From positions 802 to 64,801 of the forward strand of contig JAJCZR010000011.1 in assembly GCA_029262295.1 (NCBI GenBank): a DNA stretch of 64,000 nt. The letters are read 5' to 3'. The notes under the pieces were generated by a model. It saw nothing but the letters and a program-made list of their open reading frames with translations, made no database searches and was not told the origin of the DNA. The position numbers and the translations under genes are program-made. This document shows positions 29,389-41,340 of this stretch, in pieces. This DNA comes from Deltaproteobacteria bacterium. Lineage in GTDB: Bacteria > Desulfobacterota_D > UBA1144 > Nemesobacterales > Nemesobacteraceae. Every line of letters starts with the position of its first letter. Positions within the stretch are counted from its first letter, which is position 1.

Positions 29389-30624
29389 ATGAGTTTTGTT
29401 GAATCATTAAAATGTAAGGAATGCGGAGAGATATACCCAAAAGAGCCAATTCATGTTTGTGAAATATGCTTTGGACCACTTGAAGTAGTTTATAATTACG
29501 AAAAGATAAAATCCGTTTTAACAAAAGAGAAAATCTTATCCCGAAAGAAAAATATTTGGAGATATGCAGAGCTTCTTCCCATAGATGAGGCTCCAACCCT
29601 TGGGACCCAGGTTGGCTATACACCGCTTGTTAAAGCAGACAATCTTGCAAAAGCATTAGGAGTAAAAGAACTTTACGTAAAGAATGATGCGGTTTGCTAC
29701 CCCACTCTATCTTTTAAAGACAGGGTTGTATCAGTAGCACTTTCAAAGGCAAAAGAGTTTGGTTTTGATACAACTGGTTGTGCATCAACTGGAAACCTCG
29801 CAAATTCTGTTTCTTCAATTTCAGCATCAGGGAATTTAAAGAGTTTTATTTTTATTCCATATGATCTTGAACCCTCAAAGATAATGAACACATCTGTATA
29901 TGGAGCAAATGTAATTGCAATTAATGGAACTTATGACGATGTTAACAGACTTTGCAGTGAGATAGCCGGTGAATACGGCTGGGCATTTGTAAATATCAAT
30001 ATGAGGCCATATTACTCTGAAGGTTCTAAATCATATGCCTATGAAATAATGGAGCAACTCGGCTGGAAAACCCCCAAACATATTGTCTCACCAATGGCAA
30101 GTGGCTCACTTTTAACTAAAATCTGGAAAGCTATTAAGGAATTTGAACTTCTTGAATTCATTGAACCTTCTGATACAAAAGTTTATGGGGCACAGGCTAC
30201 AGGTTGTTCTCCAATATCCACTGCACTAAAAAACGGCTGGGAGATATATAAACCAGTAAAACCTGATACAATAGCCAAATCCCTTGCTATAGGCACGCCA
30301 GCTGATGGTTTTTATGCTATGAGCGTGATGAAAGAAAGCGGCGGCTGGGCTGAAGATGTAAGTGACCAGGAAATTATTGATGCAATTAAACTTCTTGCTG
30401 AGACTGAAGGTATATACACTGAAACGGCAGGCGGGGTTACCCTTGGCGTTGCAAAAAAACTTATTGAACAAAATAAAATACCGAAAGATGAATCTATTGT
30501 GGTTTGTATCACTGGAAATGGTTTAAAAACACAAGATGCAGTTGAAAGCAGTATTTCTAAACCGCATACTATTGAAGCTGACATAAAAGAGTTTCAGGAA
30601 CTTTATAAAAAATTAGAAAATTAG
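29389..30624 (+). CDS. thrC: Threonine synthase-like PLP enzyme (fold type II)
   Basis: N-terminal CKEC...CEIC ribbon, PTLSFKDR PLP lysine, ASTGNLA, ITGNGLK. Confidence 0.85.
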   Translation: MSFVESLKCKECGEIYPKEPIHVCEICFGPLEVVYNYEKIKSVLTKEKILSRKKNIWRYAELLPIDEAPTLGTQVGYTPLVKADNLAKALGVKELYVKNDAVCYPTLSFKDRVVSVALSKAKEFGFDTTGCASTGNLANSVSSISASGNLKSFIFIPYDLEPSKIMNTSVYGANVIAINGTYDDVNRLCSEIAGEYGWAFVNINMRPYYSEGSKSYAYEIMEQLGWKTPKHIVSPMASGSLLTKIWKAIKEFELLEFIEPSDTKVYGAQATGCSPISTALKNGWEIYKPVKPDTIAKSLAIGTPADGFYAMSVMKESGGWAEDVSDQEIIDAIKLLAETEGIYTETAGGVTLGVAKKLIEQNKIPKDESIVVCITGNGLKTQDAVESSISKPHTIEADIKEFQELYKKLEN

Positions 30625-30634
30625 GAGAAATATT

Positions 30635-30910
30635 ATGGCTACAGTAAGAATTCCAACACCATTAAGAAAACTTTCCGCAGATAGAGACGAGCTTGATATA
30701 AGTGCTGCAAATGTTTCAGAAATGATCGAAAAGCTTGAACAGGAATGCCCAGGGATAAAAGACAGAATTTGTGATGAGAATGGTGAAGTGCGGAGATTTA
30801 TCAATCTTTATGTTAACAATGAAGATATAAGGTTTCTTGATGGAAAAGACACAAAACTTGAAGATAATGATTCAGTTTCAATTATTCCGGCAATAGCTGG
30901 CGGGATATAA
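30635..30910 (+). CDS. MoaD/ThiS/CysO-family ubiquitin-like sulfur carrier
   Basis: VRIPTPLRK, RRFINLYVNNEDIRFL, C-terminal IIPAIAGGI; GGAG SD, 10 nt after thrC. Confidence 0.9.
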   Translation: MATVRIPTPLRKLSADRDELDISAANVSEMIEKLEQECPGIKDRICDENGEVRRFINLYVNNEDIRFLDGKDTKLEDNDSVSIIPAIAGGI

Positions 30911-30916
30911 CTTATA

Positions 30917-31999
30917 CTAATTAATAAGCTCTTTAAACTTATTAAGATATTTTTCAATTAGCGGCTCTGAATTGTCATTATAATCTTTCGAAAACTCTTT
31001 TAGTAGTTCTTTTTGATTTTTGTTTAACTTTTTTGGTATTACTACATTTACAACAACATACACATCGCCAAGGTTCCCCGTCTGAATATCAACAAGCCCC
31101 TTTCCTTTTATTCTGAATGATTGTCCTGGTTGTGTGCCCGAAGGTATTTTCATCTTTGTTGTGCCTTTTAATACAGGCACTTCTATCTCATCACCCAAAG
31201 CTGCTTGAACAAAATTAATTGGAACTTCACAGAAAAGGTTACTTCCATCTCTCTCAAAAAGAGGATGTTCCTTTACAATCATCCTGATATACAGGTCTCC
31301 GCTTTGACCTCCACCTAACCCAGGCTCACCCTCTCCTCTCATTTTAAGCCTTGCACCATTTGAAATACCTGCAGGAATATTAACCTGTACTTTTTGTTCA
31401 AAATACTCAGTGCCCACTCCCGAGCAATTCTTGCATGGATTGGTAATAATCTTTCCTCTTCCACTACATGCAGAACAACTCTGATTTATTGAGAAAAAAC
31501 CCTGTGAGTAAGCTACAGCCCCTTTTCCACCACATGTATTACAAATAGTTTCTCCTCCTGCCTCAGCACCTGAGCCTTCACAATTATCACAAAGCTTTCT
31601 TTTCTTGATTTTTATCTCTTTTGCTAAGCCAAAAGCAGCTTCATCAAACTCAAGCTGCAGATCATACTTCAAATCATTGCCACGATAAGCTGTTGATCTT
31701 CCACCTGAGCTAAAAACCTCATCAAACAAGTCTCCAAAAAGATCGTTAATATTAGAGTAGTTTGATCTGTAACCACCTTCATTTGATATATGGCCAAAAC
31801 TGTCATATTGGGCCCTTTTACCCTCATCACTAAGAACCTGATAAGCTTCATTTATCTCTTTAAACCGCTCTTCTGCTTCAGTGTTATCAGGATTTCTATC
31901 CGGATGGTACTCAAATGCCAGTTTCTTATATGTGGTTTTTATATCAATGGTTGTAGCTTCTCTGCTAATCCCCAAAACTTCATAGTAATCTTTAGACAT
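30917..31999 (-). CDS. dnaJ: Chaperone DnaJ (class A)
   Basis: J domain with HPD, four CxxCxGxG repeats, PSGTQPG. Confidence 0.95.
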   Translation of the reverse strand: MSKDYYEVLGISREATTIDIKTTYKKLAFEYHPDRNPDNTEAEERFKEINEAYQVLSDEGKRAQYDSFGHISNEGGYRSNYSNINDLFGDLFDEVFSSGGRSTAYRGNDLKYDLQLEFDEAAFGLAKEIKIKKRKLCDNCEGSGAEAGGETICNTCGGKGAVAYSQGFFSINQSCSACSGRGKIITNPCKNCSGVGTEYFEQKVQVNIPAGISNGARLKMRGEGEPGLGGGQSGDLYIRMIVKEHPLFERDGSNLFCEVPINFVQAALGDEIEVPVLKGTTKMKIPSGTQPGQSFRIKGKGLVDIQTGNLGDVYVVVNVVIPKKLNKNQKELLKEFSKDYNDNSEPLIEKYLNKFKELIN

Positions 32000-32012
32000 T
32001 TATATTCTCTTT

Positions 32013-33926
32013 TTATTCTGGATCTTGATCCAATTCAATGTCAATTGGATCAGGTTTAGGATCAAGTTCTAACTTTAGCTCTTCTTCCTGTTCAGGAGCA
32101 GGCTGTTCTGATCCTTGGGATTTTTTACTTTTTCCATATATTGATTCAGCAAATTTATATGAGATCTCTTGAAGACTATCATAAGCGCTTTTTATAGTTA
32201 AATAGTCATTTGAAGAAAGATTTTCTTTTAAATTTGCAATTGCGGCATCAATCCTTACTTCCATGTCGCTGCTGATTTTATCAGGATAAGACTTTATTGT
32301 TTTTTCAACTGAGTAAATAAGGCCATCCGATTGATTTATAAGAAGTGCAATTTCTTTTTTCTCAGCATCCGTTTCTGAACTCTCTTCACTTTTGGCAATA
32401 ATTTCCTTTAGTTCATCATCATTTAATCCACCTGAATTAACTACTTCGACTTCCTGTTTTTTACCTGTGCCAAGATCTTTTGCAGAAACATTTAAAATAC
32501 CATCCACATCTATTTCAAAAGTAACTTCAATTTGGGGAACACCTCTTGGAGAAGGCGGGATTCCAACAAGGTTAAAATTTGCAAGTGATATATTATCACC
32601 CACCATCTCACGCTCTCCCTGCAATACATGGATACCCACAAAATCCTGGTTATCAAATGCAGTAGTAAAAACCCTGCTTCTTCTTGTAGGAATAGTGGTA
32701 TTCCTGTCAATAATCCTTGTAAAAATACCTCCCTTGACTTCTACCCCTAAAGATAAGGGTACAACATCAAGTAAAAGCACCTCATCAATTTTTCCTTCCA
32801 GTACCCCACCCTGTATGGCTGCACCAATCGCAACCACCTCTTCAGGGTTGATATTCATTTGTGGTTCTTTACCAAATATTTCTTCAACCTTTGATTTTAC
32901 TTTAGGCATCCTTGACATTCCACCCACAAGCACAACTTCATCAATTTCCTCTTTTTTAATATGAGAATCCTCTATTGCTTGTCTGCATGGTATCTCCAGT
33001 CTATCAATAAGATCATGAACCATCTCTTCGAGCTGCCCTCTTGTAATAGCAACGTTCAGATGTTTTGGCCCTGTTGAATCAACAGCTATAAAAGGCAAAT
33101 TAATATTTGTTTCCATTACCGAAGATAGTTCATGCTTTGCCTTTTCAGAAACTTCTTTAATTCTTTGAAGTGCCATTTTGTCTTCTCTAAGATCAATATC
33201 GTTTTCTTTTTCAAACTCTGCTATTACAAATTCCAGGAGCCTTTGATCAAAGTCATCACCACCTAGAAATGTGTCTCCACTAGTGGATTTTACATTAAAA
33301 ACGCCATTTGCTATTTCTAGTATTGTAATATCAAAAGTACCGCCACCAAGGTCAAATACCGATATGATTTTGTTTTCTTTTTTGTCAAGTCCATAAGCAA
33401 GTGCAGCAGCAGTGGGCTCATTAATAATCCTTTTAACATTAAGGCCTGCAAGCTTGCCAGCATCTTTTGTAGCCTGTCTTTGTATATCATTAAAGTGTGC
33501 GGGAACAGTAATAACTGCCTCATTAATATCATATCCAAGATACTCTTCTGCTATCATCTTCATTTTAGAAAGAATAATTGATGATATTTCCTGTGGACTA
33601 TAGGTATTTTCAGCAACTTTTACCCAGGCATCCCCGGAATCCGAAGAAACCAGTTCAAATGGAACAAGTTTTTGCATTTTATCAACTTCTGCCGACTCAA
33701 GCTTTCTGCCAATAAGCCTTTTTACAGCAAAAATCGACCTGTATGGATTTACAAGTGCCTGCCTTTTTGCGATAGCACCTGCAATCTTTGATCCATCTTC
33801 TGTAAAAGCTACCACCGAAGGAGTGATCCTGTTTCCTTCTTCATTTGGTATTACAAATGGTGAGCCAGCTTCTATGATCGCAATACAAGAGTTTGTTGTG
33901 CCTAAATCTATTCCTACTATAGCCAT
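32013..33926 (-). CDS. dnaK: Hsp70/DnaK paralog 2
   Basis: [40 protein letters not shown]; non-canonical C-terminal tail. Confidence 0.93.
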   Translation of the reverse strand: MAIVGIDLGTTNSCIAIIEAGSPFVIPNEEGNRITPSVVAFTEDGSKIAGAIAKRQALVNPYRSIFAVKRLIGRKLESAEVDKMQKLVPFELVSSDSGDAWVKVAENTYSPQEISSIILSKMKMIAEEYLGYDINEAVITVPAHFNDIQRQATKDAGKLAGLNVKRIINEPTAAALAYGLDKKENKIISVFDLGGGTFDITILEIANGVFNVKSTSGDTFLGGDDFDQRLLEFVIAEFEKENDIDLREDKMALQRIKEVSEKAKHELSSVMETNINLPFIAVDSTGPKHLNVAITRGQLEEMVHDLIDRLEIPCRQAIEDSHIKKEEIDEVVLVGGMSRMPKVKSKVEEIFGKEPQMNINPEEVVAIGAAIQGGVLEGKIDEVLLLDVVPLSLGVEVKGGIFTRIIDRNTTIPTRRSRVFTTAFDNQDFVGIHVLQGEREMVGDNISLANFNLVGIPPSPRGVPQIEVTFEIDVDGILNVSAKDLGTGKKQEVEVVNSGGLNDDELKEIIAKSEESSETDAEKKEIALLINQSDGLIYSVEKTIKSYPDKISSDMEVRIDAAIANLKENLSSNDYLTIKSAYDSLQEISYKFAESIYGKSKKSQGSEQPAPEQEEELKLELDPKPDPIDIELDQDPE

Positions 33927-33928
33927 AA

Positions 33929-34639
33929 CTAGTTATTAGTCTCCCGAGTTAAATCAATAATATCTTCAATATCAGATATATCTGAATCCGCTTCCAATTC
34001 TGAAAATTCTAAAGTTCCAGAACCGTCATCTTCTATAATTTCAATTTTTTTATCTTCCAGTTTCTCATCTGTCTCTTCTCTCTTTTCAACCATACCTTTT
34101 GACACTGAAACCATTGATGGCCTGATTAATCTATTATTTAAGGTATAACCTTTAACCATTTCAGAAATAATAATACCACTTTCATACTTAGTGGAATCAA
34201 CCCTCTCGATTGCTTCGTGAAACTTTGGATTAAATTCTACACCTTCACCTGATTCAACTAGTTTCACATTAAACTTTTCAAGACAGTTAATAAACTGATC
34301 ATAAACAAGGCTTACACCTTCAAAAAGGCCATTACTACCTTCTGACTTCTCTGCATGATCAAGTGCCCTTTCCAGATTATCAAGTACATTTAAAAGACCT
34401 TTTATTAACTCTTCATTCCCAAAACTTTGTACATCTGATTTTTCCTTACTTGTTCTCTTTTTAAAATTATCAAAATCTGCTGCAAGTCTTACAAACCTTT
34501 CATAAAGATCATCATACTTTTTTTGTATGTTGTTTTTTTCTTCAACAAGTTTTTCACCATCACTATCACTCGGGGCTTCAAATTCTTCTTGCCCGGTTTC
34601 TTTAAGTTCATTATCAACATTATTATCTTCGTTATTCAT
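33929..34639 (-). CDS. grpE: Nucleotide exchange factor GrpE with an acidic C-terminal extension
   Basis: RLAADFDNFKKR, FNPKFHEA, GYTLNNRLIRPSMVSVS. ATG 34639 with GGAGGTGA SD overlapping the end of hrcA. Confidence 0.92.
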   Translation of the reverse strand: MNNEDNNVDNELKETGQEEFEAPSDSDGEKLVEEKNNIQKKYDDLYERFVRLAADFDNFKKRTSKEKSDVQSFGNEELIKGLLNVLDNLERALDHAEKSEGSNGLFEGVSLVYDQFINCLEKFNVKLVESGEGVEFNPKFHEAIERVDSTKYESGIIISEMVKGYTLNNRLIRPSMVSVSKGMVEKREETDEKLEDKKIEIIEDDGSGTLEFSELEADSDISDIEDIIDLTRETNN

Positions 34640-35672
34640 CGAATTCACCTCCATTAACAACTTTTGTAACAACTTTTGCTGCATAACTTACGATTGGAAT
34701 TATTTTTGAGTAGTTCATTCTGGATGGTCCAAATACTCCAAGGCTTCCATAACTTTTCCCTTTATTATATGGTGCTGCAACTAAACTCAGGCCATCAGGG
34801 ATTCCATTTTGAGAACCTATAAATACCTTGGTGCAGCTATCTTCAACTACTGATTCAAGTAAGCTTGATAAAAGATCTTGCTCTTCAAGGACTTCTAAAA
34901 TATTTTCGTAAAACTTTGTATTACCAATATTAAGGAATTTAATCAGGGTGTTTTTACCATTCACTAAAATGTCGGTCTTTTTATCTTTATCCAAAAGTTC
35001 AAAACTTATCCTTAAAACCTTTACCAGGAACTCATCATAATCATTTCTTATCTTATTAATTTTATCGAGAAGTATTTTTCTTACCTGGTCAATAGTTAAA
35101 CCAAGTGTAAGCTCATTCAGGTAATTGCTTATTTTATTTACATGGGTATCAGGCAACTGCCTTTCAAGTTTAATAAAAGTCCTCTCAGCAAGTCCGCCTT
35201 CGAGAACAAGCATTAACAGGTAGTTGTTCTTAGTAATATTTAAAAACCTTACAGACTTAATTTTCAGCGTGTTTCTCGTAGGGAGTGTTGCAAGGCTGGT
35301 AAGATGGGTAAAATCAGAAAGTATTGTACCTGTCTCATTAATAACGTAATCAAGTGTTCCGTCAAGTCTTTCATACTCATCTTCAAGGAAAGTAAGATTT
35401 AAATCAGAAAGATCGTCGATATTAAGAATATTTTTTATATAGAAGCTAATCCCCTTTTCAGTAGGAAATCTTCCAGAAGATATATGGTTTTGACTCAGAT
35501 AACCAAGGCTCATTAAAGAACTAAACTCTTTTCGTACAGTAGCTGAACTCCACTTGAGTTTATTCTTTGAAATAAGCTGCGTGGAACCAATAGATTTGCC
35601 CGTTTCTATGAAGTAATCGACCACATAGCCAAGTATCGTCTTTTTTCTTAGGGAAAGTTCTTTTTCACTCAT
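34632..35672 (-). CDS. hrcA: Heat-inducible transcription repressor
   Basis: SSATVRKEFSSL..LGYL.Q.HISSGR.PT.KG; C-terminal LGVFGPSRMNY. Confidence 0.93.
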   Translation of the reverse strand: MSEKELSLRKKTILGYVVDYFIETGKSIGSTQLISKNKLKWSSATVRKEFSSLMSLGYLSQNHISSGRFPTEKGISFYIKNILNIDDLSDLNLTFLEDEYERLDGTLDYVINETGTILSDFTHLTSLATLPTRNTLKIKSVRFLNITKNNYLLMLVLEGGLAERTFIKLERQLPDTHVNKISNYLNELTLGLTIDQVRKILLDKINKIRNDYDEFLVKVLRISFELLDKDKKTDILVNGKNTLIKFLNIGNTKFYENILEVLEEQDLLSSLLESVVEDSCTKVFIGSQNGIPDGLSLVAAPYNKGKSYGSLGVFGPSRMNYSKIIPIVSYAAKVVTKVVNGGEFDE

Positions 35673-35686
35673 AATTCACTTTAAAA

Positions 35687-35714
35687 ATATTATAATACTA
35701 TAATTCATTGTCAA
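35687..35714 (-). promoter_or_regulatory. Sigma70-like promoter for hrcA
   Basis: Minus strand TTGACA (35714-35709), N16, TAATAT (overlapping a TATAAT). Confidence 0.5.
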
Positions 35715-35734
35715 CGATCTAAAGTCTTTAAAAT

Positions 35735-36661
35735 TCAGTGCATTTCATATAAAATGCCTTCCAAAAGACCTCCTTCACTCACCATAAACTCTTTTGCTTT
35801 CAACATCATCAAAATTTCATCTAGAATTAACACTCCACAAATTATAAGGTCTTCTCTACCATTTTCTATAGCTGGAAACATTTTTATCCTATATTCCGGC
35901 TTAAGAGTTGCTATTTTATTAAAAAATTCCATTAGTTCCACTTCAGTAATAATACTCTCATTTACATCTTTCGGATTAAAACGAGCTAAACCTTTAATTG
36001 ATGAAGCAACTGTAGATGGTGTGCCGGCATTACTAATAATTAAAAGATTTTCTATATCAACAATTGATAATATTTGATCTTGTATAGATTTTAGTTCATT
36101 TAAAATATGATTTTTTATCTTTATCAGATTTGCATTTGTTGGTATATCATGGGTTATAAAATTTTCTGTAAGTTTAACCACGCCTAAATCAATTGAAAAG
36201 AATTCTATAAACTCATTATTTTTCAAAAGGGATAACTCTGTGCTTCCACCACCGATATCAACAACTACAAAATATTGCGATTCAAAACTAACTGACTTAA
36301 TAGCACCAGTTGCACTAAGCTTTGCTTCGTCAATGCCGGAAATAACTTCAACTTGTAAACCAGTTTCAGAAAATACTTTTTCTGCAAAAAAATCTGCGTT
36401 TGAAGAACTTCTTACAATGCTTGTTGCCACCACTCGTAAATTCTCAACATTATGTTTTAGAATAAGCTCTGAGTATTTTCTAAGAACTTTTATTGACCTT
36501 CTAATAGAATCTTGATTTAGGGTTTTATCTTTGTAGCTAAAATCTCCGCCTAACCTTGTAATTTCAATCTTTTTTTCAATTGGTCTTAGATCACTTTCAT
36601 TTTTATCTGCAATTAGAATTTCAACTGTATTAGTGCCTATATCAACTGAAGCAACTCTCAT
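35735..36661 (-). CDS. ppx: Ppx/GppA-family exopolyphosphatase, short form
   Basis: VDIGTNT, ATSIVR, ISGIDEA, DIGGGSTE, GLLEG. Confidence 0.9.
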   Translation of the reverse strand: MRVASVDIGTNTVEILIADKNESDLRPIEKKIEITRLGGDFSYKDKTLNQDSIRRSIKVLRKYSELILKHNVENLRVVATSIVRSSSNADFFAEKVFSETGLQVEVISGIDEAKLSATGAIKSVSFESQYFVVVDIGGGSTELSLLKNNEFIEFFSIDLGVVKLTENFITHDIPTNANLIKIKNHILNELKSIQDQILSIVDIENLLIISNAGTPSTVASSIKGLARFNPKDVNESIITEVELMEFFNKIATLKPEYRIKMFPAIENGREDLIICGVLILDEILMMLKAKEFMVSEGGLLEGILYEMH

Positions 36662-37176
36662 TTGTTGAAATTCTCAATAAAACTTCTTGAGTTTCTGACA
36701 TAGTTAGAAGCTCCGACTTTAATATCTTCTATTTCTTTATTTGTAAGATTTCTTTTCACTTTAGCTGGCACGCCCATAACCAAAGTTCCTGAAGGAACTT
36801 TAAAACCGGGGGGAACAAGGCTTCCAGCACCAACAAGTGAATCACTTTCAACTACTGCACCATCAAGCACAGTAGCCCCCATTCCAATTAAGGCCCTGTC
36901 TTTAATAGTACAACCATGAAGAATCACTCCGTGACCTGCAGTTACTTCATCACCAATCACGAGGGGATGAGTGTTGGTTGTCACATGCAGAACAGAGTTA
37001 TCCTGAATATTGGTTCTTTTCCCTATCCTTATGTAGTTGACATCACCTCTGATGACTGTGTTAAACCATACACTTGATTCTTCTCCTATCTTCACATCTC
37101 CTATTATTACGGCCTGATCTGCAATAAATACAGTGGGATGTATTTCAGGGAAAATTCCATTCAGTTCGCTTATCAT
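36658..37176 (-). CDS. Gamma-carbonic anhydrase family (YrdA/CaiE-like) protein
   Basis: Hexapeptide repeats, RGDVNYIRIG, NIQDNSVLH, GHGVILHGC; ATGA overlap with ppx. Confidence 0.92.
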   Translation of the reverse strand: MISELNGIFPEIHPTVFIADQAVIIGDVKIGEESSVWFNTVIRGDVNYIRIGKRTNIQDNSVLHVTTNTHPLVIGDEVTAGHGVILHGCTIKDRALIGMGATVLDGAVVESDSLVGAGSLVPPGFKVPSGTLVMGVPAKVKRNLTNKEIEDIKVGASNYVRNSRSFIENFNK

Positions 37177-37197
37177 ATTTATTTGGAATTAATTGAT

Positions 37198-37225
37198 AAG
37201 AAGCACTCTCAAGTGAGTGCTTCTT
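37198..37225 (-). terminator. 11-bp-stem hairpin downstream of dnaK1 (probable terminator with a CIRCE-like core)
   Basis: AAGAAGCACTC-N6-GAGTGCTTCTT perfect inverted repeat, 22 nt past the dnaK1 stop; U-tract is weak. Confidence 0.55.
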
Positions 37226-37247
37226 GAAAAATCGGGGATTTATAACA

Positions 37248-39200
<1,953 letters not shown>

Positions 39201-40049
39201 TTAATTTTTGAGTTTTAACTTAACCTGTTTGCTTATTTTACTAAGGGCTTTCGCCTCAATCTGACGTACCCTTTCTTTTGATATACCAAGTTCTTCCCCT
39301 ATATCTTTTAATTTTCTTGGTGTTTCATACATAAATCTTTCATTTATTATCTTTTGCTCTCTTTTTGTTAGCTTTTTCATAGCATCTGCTATTTCTTTAT
39401 TTGCTATATTTTCAAATTGAAGCTCTGAGACCAGGCTTTCTTGATTCTGCGACGAATCACTCACCATATCCAGATAAGTTGTATTCCCATCTTCATCTTT
39501 ATTTGCGTCTAAAGAGTAATCTCTGGCACTCATTCTTATCTGCATACTTTTTACATCTTTTTTCTCAACACTAAAATGGTCTGCTATTTTTTGAATATCA
39601 GTATCATCAAGTTCTCCAGAACTGAGACCAAGTTTTCTTTTTGCCCCTTCAATCTTGTTAAAAAGCTTTCTTTGCACCTGGGTAGTACCAATTTTTACAT
39701 TGCTCCAAAATTTCATTATATGGTTGTGGATTTTTGCACGAATCCACCAAACTGCATAAGATAGAAGTCTGTATCCTTTATATGGATTAAACTTCTTTAC
39801 AGCATGCATGAGGCCTAAAATGCCTTCCTGCACCAGATCCATAAGAGGAAACCCGTAAGATTTGTACTCAGAAGCAATCTTTACCACAAATTTCAGATTG
39901 GATACAACAAGATTATTGGCAGCCTCTAGATTTTTATTTTCATAAAAATCCACTGCCAGGTCATATTCCTTCTGCTTTGAAAGAAGCGGATGTTTATCAG
40001 CTTCTTTAAGAAACAGATTTAATGGAGTGCTAACTGCAACTGTGCTCAT
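39201..40049 (-). CDS. rpoH: RNA polymerase sigma-32 family factor
   Basis: DLVQEG region 2, YAVWWIRAKI, RpoH-box-like TTQVQRKLF, region 4 ISKERVRQIE. ATG 40049 has a GGAGG SD (track start 40064). Confidence 0.88.
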   Translation of the reverse strand: MSTVAVSTPLNLFLKEADKHPLLSKQKEYDLAVDFYENKNLEAANNLVVSNLKFVVKIASEYKSYGFPLMDLVQEGILGLMHAVKKFNPYKGYRLLSYAVWWIRAKIHNHIMKFWSNVKIGTTQVQRKLFNKIEGAKRKLGLSSGELDDTDIQKIADHFSVEKKDVKSMQIRMSARDYSLDANKDEDGNTTYLDMVSDSSQNQESLVSELQFENIANKEIADAMKKLTKREQKIINERFMYETPRKLKDIGEELGISKERVRQIEAKALSKISKQVKLKLKN

Positions 40050-40069
40050 AATGTTTACCTCCATATCTC

Positions 40070-40097
40070 AAACTAATCATGAAGGTAGATTTGTCAA
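40070..40097 (-). promoter_or_regulatory. Putative promoter of rpoH-dnaK1
   Basis: Minus strand TTGACA (40097-40092), N16, TAGTTT. Confidence 0.4.
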
Positions 40098-40153
40098 GGT
40101 TGCATTAACTATTTAGAAAGAATTAAATAAAAAGTAAATCTAAAGCATTAAAA

Positions 40154-41317
40154 CTAGGAATTTGCAGCTTCCACAGCCTTAGCAGCAGCTTCTCTCATAT
40201 CTGTGCCGGTTTGGATATTAAGGCCAGATTCGGCAAGAAGTTTTCTCCCAAGTTCCACATTTGTACCTTCAAGCCTCACTATTAATGGCACTTCTATTCC
40301 AACTTCATTTGCAGCAGAAATAATACCTTCGGCAATTGTATCACACTTCATAATACCACCAAAAATATTAACAAAGACAGCTTTCACATTATCATCGCTA
40401 AGAATCATTTTAAATGCCTGGGTTACCTGCTCTGTGGTAGCCCCTCCGCCAACATCAAGAAAATTAGCGGGTTCACCACCATGAAACTTTATGATGTCCA
40501 TGGTAGACATTGCAAGCCCAGCCCCATTTACAAGGCAACCTATATTTCCATCAAGGTTCACAAAACTTATTCCCACTTCTTTTGCTTCAAGCTCAAGCTG
40601 ATCTTCTTCTTGCGGGTCTCTGAGGGCTTCTATATCTTTATTTCTGAAAAGCGCATTATCGTCAAAATTAAGTTTTCCATCAAGTGCAATTATCTCTCCA
40701 TCCCCGGTTAATACCATTGGATTAATCTCGGCAAGAGAACAATCTTTTTCAATAAATGCATTATATAACCCGGAAACAAAAACAACTGCTTTATTTACTG
40801 CTTTACCATCAAGTCCCAAAAAATATGCAATCCTTCTTGATTGAAATGGCTGAAGGCCAACGGAAGTATCAACGTATTCTTTATGTATTTTTTCAGGAGA
40901 TTTTCTTGCAACTTCTTCAATCTCAACTCCGCCTTCCTTGCTTGCCATAATTACTATCTTTTCTTTTGATCTATCGATTACCATTCCAAGATAAAATTCC
41001 TTCGCAATATCGGAGCCTTCTTCAATTAGTACCTTACTTACAATCTTACCTTCAGGGCCTGTTTGGTGAGTAACAAGCTTCATACCTATCATATCAGTAG
41101 TTACCTGACCAACGTCCGCAGGCGTATCTACTACTTTAACCCCTCCAGCTTTTCCCCTGCCACCAGCATGCACCTGGGCTTTAACAACGTATTTGTTAAA
41201 ATTAAGGTCTTTGGCAATTAGCTCAGCCTCTTCTCCTGAAAAAGCAACTTTTCCTGCTGGCACTTTTACTGAAAAATTATCTAAAAGCTCTTTCGCCTGA
41301 TACTCATGAATGTTCAA
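40154..41317 (-). CDS. sucC: Succinyl-CoA synthetase beta subunit
   Basis: [44 protein letters not shown]. Confidence 0.97.
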   Translation of the reverse strand: MNIHEYQAKELLDNFSVKVPAGKVAFSGEEAELIAKDLNFNKYVVKAQVHAGGRGKAGGVKVVDTPADVGQVTTDMIGMKLVTHQTGPEGKIVSKVLIEEGSDIAKEFYLGMVIDRSKEKIVIMASKEGGVEIEEVARKSPEKIHKEYVDTSVGLQPFQSRRIAYFLGLDGKAVNKAVVFVSGLYNAFIEKDCSLAEINPMVLTGDGEIIALDGKLNFDDNALFRNKDIEALRDPQEEDQLELEAKEVGISFVNLDGNIGCLVNGAGLAMSTMDIIKFHGGEPANFLDVGGGATTEQVTQAFKMILSDDNVKAVFVNIFGGIMKCDTIAEGIISAANEVGIEVPLIVRLEGTNVELGRKLLAESGLNIQTGTDMREAAAKAVEAANS

Positions 41318-41340
41318 TTAGTAACTCCTTCGAGATTGGT

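Noticed and set aside
35673-35734. Canonical CIRCE upstream of hrcA
   Set aside because: No TTAGCACTC-N9-GAGTGCTAA is present; only an AT-rich near-palindrome overlapping the -10 box.
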